A DNA stretch of 63,164 bases, filler included, from Perkinsus chesapeaki ATCC PRA-425 (lineage: Eukaryota > Protista > Perkinsozoa), in assembly GCA_013115145.1 (NCBI GenBank). It is 7 parts of 7 records of this genome, joined end to end, with 100 filler letters (N's around TTAATTAATTAA, not from the genome) between each part and the next. Parts side by side here need not be neighbours in the genome. Positions count along the whole stretch, not along the records: positions 9,577 to 31,292 come from JAAPAO010000589.1; positions 31,393 to 40,147 come from JAAPAO010000958.1; 5 more parts are not named here. The stretch is one strand, 5' to 3'. The translations under genes and the position numbers were made by a program. Shown in pieces: positions 24,650-37,100 of the stretch (the first letter of the stretch is position 1; every line of letters begins with the position of its first letter). The notes below the pieces were generated by a model. The model ran no database searches. It saw only the letters and a list, made by a program, of their open reading frames with translations, and had not been told where the DNA came from.

Positions 24650-25210
24650 AAGCCCACATCAAGCCCACGAGAGGGTGAGTGTGTTGAACTTTAGTATCAC
24701 GTCGAAGTACTACAAACAAGTTCTTGGTCCAGTAGATCCCCGAGGTGCTTTATAAGCTCCCACTATACTATAAACGCATCTTCCTCACAATCTAAGGAAA
24801 TAAGAGATATCCTGAAGAGCACTCTACTTTGCATCTAGAGCGGGCCCATGGAGTCTCCGTTGTGGCTCGTTCACAAGTAGACTACTAAGTCAGTACGTGG
24901 TAAACATCGCACAGCTAGAAATAGTGCAGATGCTGTAGCCGATAACCCATTGATCATACTGAGCCTTACAATACATCTCATATTCGCTGCTTCCTAGTAG
25001 CAAGATGAGCTAAAATAGAGCTCGGAGTGAACTAACCAACCAGCCTTGTACAGTATAAGTTTGATGTTTAGCAAATATTGGTTAGCAATAATCCAACTTT
25101 CTATACAAATTATTGAAAAAGTATCTATATCAAAGTTGAGCATCATATTCATTATTATTAGCCCAAGGGCAACTAAGATCTGAATGTCTATGACTTGGCA
25201 ACTGAAGGCA

Positions 25211-25648
25211 TCACTCTTCGCACTGGAGTTTCGCACATAAAGTAGCCGCTTCTCCAGAACTGAGGAGCATCACCCTTGCTCGCAGACCAGCACTAACGCT
25301 CAGCTCCAGTGAAGCGATCTCGCTGGTGACATCGAATTTGATGTTGCCCAGACCATCTACACCAACCTCTTCACGGAATACTCTCATAAAGTTAAGGGCA
25401 TGGACAAATTGCACTCGCTCGTCTGACTTCCAGAAGAGGTCGTAACTGACGACACCGCTTTCATCGTACCTCGAGCTTTGAACTCGAGCTGTTGGCACAG
25501 TCTGGATATCTAATACACATTGTTTGCCATCAGGTGGGCAAAGTACCGTGAGAATGAATGGTTTAGTACCAAACTGAGCACCATAGATTCTACCATCGAC
25601 AGTGCCGAGCAGGCAGACCATAGAGTACGTAGCATCGGAGAAGTCCAC
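25211..25648 (-). CDS. Small (145 aa) putatively secreted protein, copy A
   Basis: Single exon; hydrophobic N-terminus; RIYGAQFGTKPF.LTVLCP..GK.C and GVGVDGLGNI.F blocks shared with 29828-30277. Confidence 0.7.
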   Translation of the reverse strand: MDFSDATYSMVCLLGTVDGRIYGAQFGTKPFILTVLCPPDGKQCVLDIQTVPTARVQSSRYDESGVVSYDLFWKSDERVQFVHALNFMRVFREEVGVDGLGNIKFDVTSEIASLELSVSAGLRARVMLLSSGEAATLCAKLQCEE

Positions 25649-26862
25649 ATTGATACTTTGGCAACTACTAACAGTACCCTAGGTTATGTCCCGCATTGAG
25701 ACTTTGGTCTATAATGCAACTCAACACACGATAAAGTGAAAGAAGTTTTAATTGTTATTGTCTTGATGATCTGTTATAAACATCATTATGAATAGAATGG
25801 ATAGTCTAAGCCATTTTTGATGTTGCACTATAAACTCACGCACACACATAAATCGCAGATGAGTGGATAAGGATGAGCTATTATTCGTAGGGCCGAAGGA
25901 AAGAGAAGAAAATCTCCCAGTGACCGGTGTAAGCCTTACACTTGTAGGTGGAGTCGTGATCGATATGTCGATGAAATCGATAGACAATGTCCGACTCTGA
26001 GACCATAATCACAAAGGCTCGATACGAAGCAGTGCATTAGGCAGACCGTATAGCTTCGAGGTACGGTAGGTTGAGAGCTCTGAGACCAGTAATGAAGCGT
26101 AGGTGAAGCTAACTTCTCGCTAGCAGCACAAAAAGATTCAGGCAAATCTTGTCTTGCGGCTCACCCCGTACGCGTGCGCACCCGGCTACTTCGCACAGAA
26201 AGCACCTGGCCAGCAGTGAACGACTGCTGCAGCAGGGTGACGCACGGACTCGTGGCTACAGGTGACCGAGGATAGGTCGATTTACATACAATATAGCAAG
26301 CACAGAGCTACGAGCGCCGTTCGCCGAACAGTACAAGCAGAAGGAATACCGAAACCTCCTTCCACGTGGATGTGAGTTTATAGTGCACACACGTAGGGCA
26401 TGTCGTTAGATTCTGCACAATCTATGGGAATGATAATCTACAGCCGACTTCCCGTGCGGTTGGTTATCACGTAATGTGATCTTGGTTACCACTACCCTTT
26501 ATAGCGTAATTCAATTATCCTTCAAGGTCCCTCCGGTTGTGTTAACGTGTCTACAAAACTACTAACTTGTTAGTACCCGAACCCGATAATAGGCACTGCC
26601 TATTAGGCAGTCACAAATGGGACGTCACCAACACCACAACACCCACATTCAAGCACGAAACATTAATGACGGATGAGCGTTCCCGCTGAGGTCTAGCGGA
26701 TCAAAAGAAAAGCAACATGAGACGACAAGAACTGTGCGATACATTACAACTTGCTGGAAGCAAGTAAGGATAAAGCAACCGGTCACCATCATCAAGTGAC
26801 ATCGAGGGGACATGGATCTTGGCCACAGGCATAAGAATGGAATATACCTCATACTTGCAGTT

Positions 26863-27498
26863 TTACTCTGGCTGTGGATAATCGTGACCTGAGGGTTCAA
26901 TTTGACCTAGTAATGTCAATAATATCATCGAGTGCTTCCGTTGCTGGTCGAGCGGGGAGCCCTGAGGAGCATATCCTTGCACGAGCTGATGCCAGGTAAT
27001 GTAACCTACCCTCGAAACACTTCCGGTCGTTGCTCGACCCGCCACAGGCCGGTATGTTCTGTAAGAGGTCAGGAGACCGAAAACCACAAGTTGACCCCCA
27101 ATCAACCCAACACCATTCGACCTCATTTTAGACCTTTCACGGTACATGCCACGCCGGTTAAAGTGAGAGCCGGTCGTCCCGTAAAGGGTGACATAACGCC
27201 TGTGTTGGATATATCTGAGATGTGCAATCTTGGGTTGCAATGATCTGGAAAACATCACTCCGTTAACTTCCGCCGGAGTTCCGGGTATTTCAGTCTCAGG
27301 GAATTCGCCGGCTTCAAGGTCAACCGGGATATACTCTCTCTGCAGTTCACAAGAGGTGAACGCGCTCATAAAATCACCCACACAGGTTATTTCGTGGCGC
27401 AGTGACGATACTGGAGCATCTTCAACGGGGGTTATTCTGATCCAGATGAATCCCTGAGGTATCTGTGCACAACACAGTGTGAATTTGGAGGTGGACAA
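26863..27498 (-). CDS. 211-aa intronless hypothetical protein (intact member of a duplicated pair)
   Basis: Open ORF; conserved at peptide level with the degenerate copy at 23891-24649. Confidence 0.55.
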   Translation of the reverse strand: MSTSKFTLCCAQIPQGFIWIRITPVEDAPVSSLRHEITCVGDFMSAFTSCELQREYIPVDLEAGEFPETEIPGTPAEVNGVMFSRSLQPKIAHLRYIQHRRYVTLYGTTGSHFNRRGMYRERSKMRSNGVGLIGGQLVVFGLLTSYRTYRPVAGRATTGSVSRVGYITWHQLVQGYAPQGSPLDQQRKHSMILLTLLGQIEPSGHDYPQPE

Positions 27499-29827
27499 TG
27501 TGAGTATGGACTGACCAGGTCAAGTCTGTGGAAATGGCCACTGCCCCATATTTTGGACGCCCGAGGGTTTTCTGCTTCCCTGAAAACATACGTTTTCAAG
27601 ACACCAGAAACCCTCAGCCGAAGACGAGTCCATCGAGATTAACGTATTTGCGAGCGCTATACGATTCGAGCCTTCCTGCAACCACAATGATACCTTGTCG
27701 CTTTTGTGACCTTTTCGATTCTCAGAATAATTCCAAGAGATAGCACGGCCCTCGCCAATTCGGTGGATCCCATTGCCTGATCAATGGCAGCGGGGTGGTG
27801 CTTATTGAGTGCTAGTATTGTATACTCTCACTCTTTGTTTCTTAACAATGATCACCATGGTTTCATTATTGTCCGTGTCGTCTATGTTTAGTTCCACAAC
27901 CTCTCTGAAGCCGCAGCCAGCGCCGCGCCTGATTCCGCGCGCATTTCATGGATGGTGGTGTTTTAACCAACTTTTGGTTACCTTGCATGTGTTCGTGTTC
28001 TAAGCGTCTCATTGAACCCTTGCTTTACTTCAACAAAGATACTCTCTTTTTCGATGCCGGTTGTGTTTGCTAAGATAGTATCGATCTTCCTCAAGATCTC
28101 ATACTTCGACTTTTCCCCATCAACTCCCGACGGGAGGAAGTGGCGTATTGTTCGACGGTAAAGTAAACCAAGATAAGGCGCAAGAATTGCTTCACTTCAT
28201 TACTCCGTATTCGTCGGATATTTTCAAGCTCACACTAAGTGCAAACTCACTGGATGGAAGGTTCTCAACTTTCCATATTGCTAGCTGAATCGGTCTAAAC
28301 CTCGCCATAGACCAGCATGTCACCCAATCACGCCAGCTGCCGCGGAAGACACCTGCTTTGGGCATCCGTTGAGTATGATGCTAGCACTTTCTCAAATAAC
28401 CTTACTTGAGGTATTCTCGACTCCGATTGCATACAAGAGTCTTTCCCTAAATCGCCACAAGATTAAGATCTATGAGGTCGAGCTCGGCATTGGAAGGGAG
28501 CGAAGATATGCTTACTCCGAGAATGGTTGTGATATTCGTTACGATAGAGTGTATATTGTCGAGCAACACTTCAGCTACTCTAATCAATGAGAAGAACACA
28601 TCGTTCGCTGACCAACTCGGCAAAAGTGAGATTATCTGAGAAAACCAGATTCTAAAGAACTCAAAATGACACCTTTGCGCAGGAGTGCAGACTCGGAAGT
28701 GTCGAATATGCTCTCACGCTAACAAGGTATAGACCATTTTGTGTGATTATCAACTTGGCAAGAGCAAGCATAGGTGTCCATTCGTTTACAGCAGCATACT
28801 TTTATCATACAGCAGGTTCTTTTGACGATTACAAATCTACCGATAACCAAGTCTAAAAAAGTACAATCTTTTGGAGTCGTTTTCTGGTACTAGCTGGCAA
28901 GGTTGATCGCGAAGGGACTTCGCGAGGTCGAACTCTGCCCTGGAAAACTGTCGGTAACAATCGGGAGTCTTCGCTTTCACATGATGTAAATGCGTGTATG
29001 CTCCGTCAAGGCTTACGTAATACAATCCAACAATATCTAAGATAACTATAAAAGTTATATAAACGCCTTCTCGTCCCGCAAGCCATTGTCGGAGCTCTTC
29101 GGTAAATCTACGAAAAAGTTTTCCCACAAAAAATTCAGTCTTACCTGTTTCTGGTCGAAGTGGCATTCACCAAACAAGGTAAACAACATAACGTTATTGA
29201 AAGGCAAATTGATGATGATAGGGCCAAGGCCTCCCACAAAGCACTAGTCATCTTGAATATACTGCAAAGGTATCCTGCCTTATACGATCCCTCGGCAGAC
29301 CCTTACACGCTATCTAGAAAATCGAACATTTCCGTTGCTGAGCCGTTTGCTGAACATTGGCCACGAAGCAGTTATCATTGTTATTTTTGATATGTATTAT
29401 CCCGTTGGACTGTTAGCTGGACTGAACGCAAAGCGAGTACGGACTCCAATAACAACATTTCACAGTAAAGAAGAGGGGCTCGTCGTACTGTAGGATGATC
29501 ACTGGTAATATGAGTACGGCTGTGGCAGAGAACACCCCTCGTGCACATGCATATAAGGCAGATGAAGTGCGAGCGCTGTAACAAAGTAGGACTGCAGCAT
29601 GACCCGAACCTACACCTTCCCAGTAGTCAAGAGCGTCATAGTGTGACGTCCGAACTGCAGTACATGTAGGTAAAATGCAAAAAATAATCTGTGACCTGTG
29701 TGTAAGCGGTTTGAACTTTGCACGTAGCGGATGAGCAAGCATGATGTAGGGTTCGCCAAATAGGTATCAAATCAGGCAGCGTGTGATTCGAATCTTCAAA
29801 AATCAGTCGAATCCTCCGCTCTTTGAG

Positions 29828-30277
29828 TTAGAGACACTTGAGCTTCTTGCACAAGGAGGCCGCTTCTCTGTCACTGAGACTCCTTACAGTTGCCCGTTGA
29901 TAAGCACTGAGGGTCAGCTCTAGGGACGCCACCTTCGTGATGTCATTGAAATTGATGTTTCCCAGACCGTCTACACCGACGCCTTCAGGGAATACGCTCA
30001 TATGGTTGAGGGTATGAACGAACTTCAGTCGTTCGCTGACGTCCCAGCTGAGATCGAAGTCAACCTTCCGATTGTCTTCGAATATCAAGCTTGGAACTCG
30101 AGCTATTGGCACTGTCTGGACATAAAATAGGCACGATTTACCGTTGTGTGGGCAAAGTACAGTGAGAGGGAACGGTTTAGTGCCAAACTGGGCACCATAG
30201 ATTCTGGCTTCAATAACACCGACTAGATAAACCCACGCAAAGCAAAGAGTATTGAGAACCGGAGACGGCAACATCAT
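29828..30277 (-). CDS. Small (149 aa) putatively secreted protein, copy B
   Basis: Signal-like MMLPSPVLNTLCFAWVYLVGVIEA; paralog of 25211-25648 with four conserved Cys. Confidence 0.72.
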   Translation of the reverse strand: MMLPSPVLNTLCFAWVYLVGVIEARIYGAQFGTKPFPLTVLCPHNGKSCLFYVQTVPIARVPSLIFEDNRKVDFDLSWDVSERLKFVHTLNHMSVFPEGVGVDGLGNINFNDITKVASLELTLSAYQRATVRSLSDREAASLCKKLKCL

Positions 30278-31392
30278 ACAACTACTCCGTGGACCCCTCC
30301 GAAATCCTTTCTCTAACGGAATCTGTTAATAGAAGGCTCGAGAAGGTGCTTGTACGCGAAGGAGGTCATATAGGAGCATGAATCTCATGAGTTTCTAACT
30401 GAATACTTTCAAAAATCTGCCCTAGACTTGTGTTGCTTAAGAAATTTGCACGGTTGTGACAGCCGAATTTAGCGCGCGCCCTGATAAATCGATCACTAGA
30501 TCGATTTAGCTATCGTGACTTTGTACGTATAATACTGGTGGTACACAAGTGGCCGTGTGAAGGTTTCATTCCAATATTCGTAATATTCGTAGAGAAAACA
30601 GTTTTTTTGTTATTTGCATAAGAAAAATGCACGCACAGTTACTGTGCCACAGTATAACTGAAGGGCCGACAAGTAGTTCAGGTTAAAATATTAATATGAG
30701 GTTATCACTCGTCTCCAGATTGAGAACGAGACGAGACTCTTTTCGAATGACTTGAACGAGACGAGACTGTGTGTTACAGCATGGAGGTTTTGTAATAGAT
30801 GGAGACGAGACATACCAATGGGATAAACACAGAGTCGATGGAGTACACTGATGAGTTAAAATAATCAAATCTTAGATTTTTGACTACATGGCGGAATGCA
30901 TGCCTACTCTGCCTTCTCTGTGTCGTTATTATTTGCCAAAGTGAACTAACCACCCTGCAACTACTGGCACAGATGAGAGAGGACAGCGCTTGTGAATGTA
31001 TTCCAACTACAAAATACTGTATGAATCAGCAACTAACATATTTGCGAATATTTCACTCAAGTTAACGAGTTTTCGAACAGCACAAGCTGAATATAATAAC
31101 CACAGAATAACTGAACCAACAAGTCTATCAAACTAAAATCGATCAACCGTTCCGTGACTCTCACAACCATGAAACCGTTTTGCGCAGAAAATCGCTGTGC
31201 CAAATTCGATAACAGTAACATGCAGAGTGTGCTTGCTCACTCACAGACTTCTACGCCAACGAGTGTAACTATTTCATGCAGTTTGCACGACANNNNNNNN
31301 NNNNNNNNNNNNNNNNNNNNNNNNNNNNNNNNNNNNTTAATTAATTAANNNNNNNNNNNNNNNNNNNNNNNNNNNNNNNNNNNNNNNNNNNN

Positions 31393-31510
31393 AGGGCATG
31401 ACAATAGCTGGTCAGTAAGGGTATCAATGATATCACAGAGGGCATGACAATAGCTGGTCAGTAAGGGTATCAATGATATCACAGAGGGCATGACAATAGC
31501 TGGTCAGTAA
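31393..31510. repeat. 46-bp tandem repeat, about 2.5 copies, at contig start
   Basis: agggcatgacaatagctggtcagtaagggtatcaatgatatcacag recurs at 31393, 31439, 31485. Confidence 0.9.
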
Positions 31511-33510
31511 GTCTTTCCTGAAAGCCGGTTGTACTTTGTAATCCAATCATTATTACACTCAATGGTGAGGTCTGTAAATGATATATGAACCCCTTCAAGT
31601 AGAATATAAATTGATTATATGCCTGAAGTCAGCAATACATCTTTTCGATAAATTTAACCTCAATTCCCGTTTCCAAACTGTGTGGTGGTCGTGGTTTTGC
31701 GGATTGGATCTCTCCAATAAGTGTATGTTTTTCACTCTGGCTACTCTTACTCACCACTATTTCTATATTGTTATGTCCAGCACCTTCTACCCAATAAGGT
31801 GTCACTGCCACATCTTGAGCCAATTCATACAAAGCTTTACCATGCCATAGTGGTACAATATCATCCTTCGTACCATGAACCTAATCTTACTATTGTACCA
31901 TTTCTCCGTCTCTACTTTTTACTATATAAACTGGACATCTAACATATTGTATTTTATCAATATTAAGGAAGGAGTCTCCTGGGAGTGTGTATCTAGACAT
32001 AGATACAATTGAAAGGCAAACATATTAGGAATTTGGGACCCCAGTGAGCCATTGGAAAAGTGTATATTCTTTAGAATCTCTCAGTTGGGTTACCCTCAAG
32101 TTCCATCACAGAACCTCTACAATACAATGGTGTCTGGTAAAGTGTGGAAGGTACACAAGCAGCTTCGATGTATTCTTCCGTTTAACCGTTACGGCCTGCG
32201 AATAATGGCAAAGCTCAATGGAGGACTATTTATCTCATGAATGTTGAGTACAGGAAGTAAAGATCATCCATGGACTGGTAGAAGTTGTTACCTTAATCTT
32301 AAACCAACTCTATATATACTCAATATAGGGCTCTGTAGTATTAGACCGCGTACAGGTGATATCGATGCCAAGTGAACCTTGAATGTATACAACAAACCCA
32401 TTTAGTAGAGCAATGATAATTGTTATGTATGTGGATAGAATCCTGTGTACTTTCAGTATAGCAACTCACTAAAATTCATTTAATGGCTTATTAATTACTC
32501 GCACCATCGAGTAGATTGTGTTATTATTATTACACTTGGGCCGCTCCCAAGACTTCTACCAAATAGTATAATATCATACCATGGCACTCCTATGACATCT
32601 CTTAAATACTTAAGGGCAGCTTCAACATCAGAGTATCTATATTAATAGTTATTATTGATATTTAATATTATCATTACAAGTGCTGCTCAGATGGTAATGA
32701 CAGACCTTTGGATAGACCATAACCGGTGTATCTGTTACCACAATCTGTAGCAACTATGTACTTGTATGATTATAAATTATTGGTCTATAACTCTTGAAGA
32801 TTTTTTGCCAAACGTAATGTTTACTGTATTTTCCTTTTCGTTTAAGTGAGAGCAACTGTTTCGCGATGACTGCCACTTTTCCACATTACACAGTCGAGTC
32901 TACCCCATGGTGCACGATATGATTCCCTCATTGACAACGCTTGAGAATGAGGAACAATGTTTTAATTCTTGTCATAATACATTAACGGATTACCCTCCTA
33001 AGGAGGGCCTCCTTCAAGGTGATCCTCCCCATGTTCATTGAATCAATTCATGGATCTAGAAGGGGATTCTATCACCGCATTTTACGTGTAAGAGGCGACG
33101 GTTCTGGAATCGATTCTGAGTTTCAAAATCGGTTCATTGAACGACGGTCGTTCAACGGCCCCTATCAAGTGTCAATTTTGGGTTTTGGGATTGGTTATAT
33201 AAATATTCCCTTACTCATAAGCAAACACATTAACATTTATAATTGGTGCCATCTCTCTCCAATAAGCCATAACCATACCAAGATCCTCAGCATTACCATG
33301 AGAGAATAATATAGTATATTTAGCCGACTTGGCCCGACGAGTTAGATAACATGACGGTATTATTGACCCTAGCCCTAATAACAATAGTATTTGAATACCG
33401 TAACTTCCATTACTTGTATGTAACCATATGATATCACACTGTATGTTATCCTTATTATATGTAGGGACCTTAGGTGGTTGGAATATTATATGGCTAAGTC
33501 CAGACCCCAT
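31480..33510 (-). CDS. ABHD17: ABHD17-like alpha/beta hydrolase (protein depalmitoylase family)
   Basis: MGSGLS (N-myristoylation-like start), ILFSHGNAEDLG, FAYE|YTGYG, PSEQHLYSDVEAA, FGRSLGSGPS (GxSxG nucleophile), WVEGAGHNNIE (catalytic His). 3' end approximate. Confidence 0.9.
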
Positions 33511-34183
33511 TTTACAATTAACGGCGAGCGACGAAAATCTTGCGCTTTAACACTTTCTTACTCGTGGTGTTTCACACGGATGGTTATCGATTATAACTTG
33601 TGATTGGTTAACTTGTGGATTATAACTTGGTTATCTCTGGGTTCAAAGCCTGAACTCCATGAACACCCGGCGTTCCAGGATAGGTGAGTAGTGTGTTTCC
33701 AATGTCAGTCTAATCTTGACCTCGAACTAAAGGAGTGAGGAAACCCCAGGTGCCGAGCACTGTTCAAGGTTTATTAGCAATAGACTAGACATCGCCGTAC
33801 TCAAGATCTTTCACACAAAAAAAAAATTGTCCGTCGAAGTCCACTCGACAATGCTCCAGGCCCGGCTCGGCCGATACGGCCGTACCATGTGCCCAGAGGT
33901 GAACTGACAGTATCGCTGGATTTGAACGCGTGCCCCCAGCTGCACGCACAGGTTGTGTCGGATGTCTACTTTGTGTGGGGTTGCACAGTAACCTTACCAG
34001 TGCGCAAACCCTCCATTCGCGATATTTCACTACCGCGACAGTCCAATTCTCCTTCCGCTAACCATGAAATGAAACTCTTTAACATATTAATAACCGTACA
34101 TTCGATTCCGCCTGAGAATGCCTTGTTGGGCTTAAACTCTGTTAAAGTGACTAATTATACGTCGAGATTGTTCGCTCCCTACC

Positions 34184-37100
34184 ATGCCTTCCCGTAGTCG
34201 CTCTAGATCCAGAAATAGGAGGGTATCATCACATAGGAGGTAATAGTTATAACTAATATTATATTATATACATCATATAGGCACTCTAGAGATGAAGGAG
34301 GGCATCGTAGGTATAGTGTTATTATTGTATAGTATGGTATAGGTTTAGGTAGAAGACGAGACATCTCATTAGGGAGAAGGTCACCATCAAATAGTAGAAG
34401 GGGAAGAGAGTAATATACAGTTATCTACCTGTTAGTGGAAATATTCATATAAGAATATCTTACTCGGAAAGAATCGAGCATTTCTATTTATAATATCTCT
34501 CTTAGTGATTCCCGCAGACGCAGTAGCCGATCGTCGCCTGATAGCCCATCAAGGAGTAGTCGCCATCATCATCATAGAGGAAGTAGGAGGTCATCAAGCC
34601 CAAGAGATGATAGACGTAATAGAAATACATTATACGAAGGTGTATAGTAATTAATAGGTGATAGTCGACGAATGCCACGGCATCATAGTCGACATAGGAG
34701 ATCTAGAAGCCAGTTATCCGATAATAGGAGGGAAAAGAGAAGCTATGATGAAGATGATAAGGTAATGTTAGAGGGACTGGGAGTATATAGTAGTATATCC
34801 CTATTATATGTAATAGTATATCCCTATTGAATTTAATAGTATATTCCTATTATATTTAATAGTATATTCCTATTATATTTAATAGTATATTCCTATTATA
34901 TTTAATAGTATATTCCTATTATATTTNNNNNNNNNNNNNNNNNNNNNNNNNNNNNNNNNNNNNNNNNNNNNNNNNNNNNNNNNNNNNNNNNNNNNNNNNN
35001 NNNNNNNNNNNNNNNNNNNNNNNNNTAATAGTACATTCCTATTATATTTAATAGTATATCCCTATTATATTTAATAGTATATTCCTATTATATTTAATAG
35101 TATATCCCTATTATATTTAATAGTATATCCCTATTATATTTAATAGTATATTCCTATTATATTTAATAGTATATTCCTATTATATTTAATAGTATATCCC
35201 TATTATATTTAATAGTATATTCCTATTATATTTAATAGTATATCCCTATTATATTTAATAGTATATCCCTATTATATTTAATAGTATATTCCTATTATAT
35301 TTAATAGTATATTCCTATTANNNNNNNNNNNNNNNNNNNNNNNNNNNNNNNNNNNNNNNNNNNNNNNNNNNNNNNNNNNNNNNNNNNNNNNNNNNNNNNN
35401 NNNNNNNNNNNNNNNNNATATATTTAATAGTATATCCCTATTATATTTAATAGTATATTCCTATTATATTTAGTAGTATATCCCTATTATATTTAATAGT
35501 ATATCCCTATTATATTTAATAGTATATTCCTATTATATTTAGTAGTATATTCCTCTTACAGGCAACATATCACACAAATGAGGTTATACCACCAACTAAA
35601 TCGGGTGAATATAAAAGAATGAATGAATCAAGTGGATGGTGGATGCATAAAGATGGTCAGTGGAGATGGCATCAGGATACTAATATGTATTTTAATAATG
35701 ATGATAATAAGTAATAATATAGCATTATGTATTGGACCAAACTCGCTTTGAGCTGCTGTGAGGTGATATGATCATATACAGTACTATAAAGCTCGGATAA
35801 AAGAGCCTAGGAATATATGGATGTTCATATTTGATATTAGTCACTTTAATTTTGTATAGGTACTACCATATATCACTGAGTACGGGAAAATGCCGAGTAA
35901 TAAGAGATAAGGATGATCCATTATTTGAAGAGATGCAAAAATGTGAAACAGAAAGAGGTAAATGTAACCTTTTGAATACCTTTTCTAAATCAAGCTTTTG
36001 GTATCTTATCAGTCAATGATAGTACACATTCGTCTAAAGATGATGGAGATTTCGCTGATTGGGGAGAAGCACAGAAATTATCCGCAGCAGCACATAAGAT
36101 GGTAAGGGCTGATGATTATCAGTTTATATCATTATAACGTACAATAGAAGGGAAATACATACTAGTCTTGGATGCTGATTGTTATCAACAAAGCAACTGT
36201 CATAATCCATCTCTATTTCTACCCACGCTTAAATGCCTTATATGCGGATAGTTTTGCTCGATCTCCGTTAGGCTTTGCCGCCCCTTTGAGGAAAACATTA
36301 ATATTGGATATTTCGTTATGGATAGGTTGAGTCGGTGGAAGGTGAATCGTCATCCATGAGTGAGATAGAGGATGGTGAAGCGCCTAGTGATGATGTTAAT
36401 AAAGGGAATAAGGATAGTGGAGCCTCACCAATTAAGAAGGGTGATAGGAAGGAGTAGGTGGTTAGGATGAAGTGAGGGAGGAGCGGTATGAGATTTGTGT
36501 AGGTATAAGATTGGTAGAGTAGCTAAGTTTGATCAAACTAGAGGATTCGGGTTTATATTTAAAACTTATGAGGATAAACCATCACATAAACCCAATTATC
36601 ATTTTGATGATGATGAAGTAAGATGGGAAGTATAAAGGGTGATATATCATCTTATACTAGCATTATATTATTCGAGTAACAGTTACGTAGGATAAAGGGT
36701 CTCATACTGCTGGTGGTGTTGTGATAGGGACATTCTGTAGAGTATTCCCACAAGCAACGCATTTCGCTCTACCAAGATATTTTGTATTGTATTTATTATC
36801 AACCTTCAAAAACACATTTCCGGGAGGCCATAATAGTCCCCGTTGTGATGCATTATAATCGGTAATGGTAGTTATTGTTGGTATTGATATAGGTACTATT
36901 TGTACACCGTAAAGGTATAGCTGGTAGTACACTGGAAAGACCACTTAATTTAGAGCCTGGTGCTCCAGTGAGGTGAAGGAAATATGGTATGAATAATATT
37001 AGTGTTAATGCTATTAGATACCTTATATCATCAGAAAGGGACTCACTTGTTACCAATACTAAGACACGTGATCAAGCAGTTGATGTTAGTATGCTATCAG

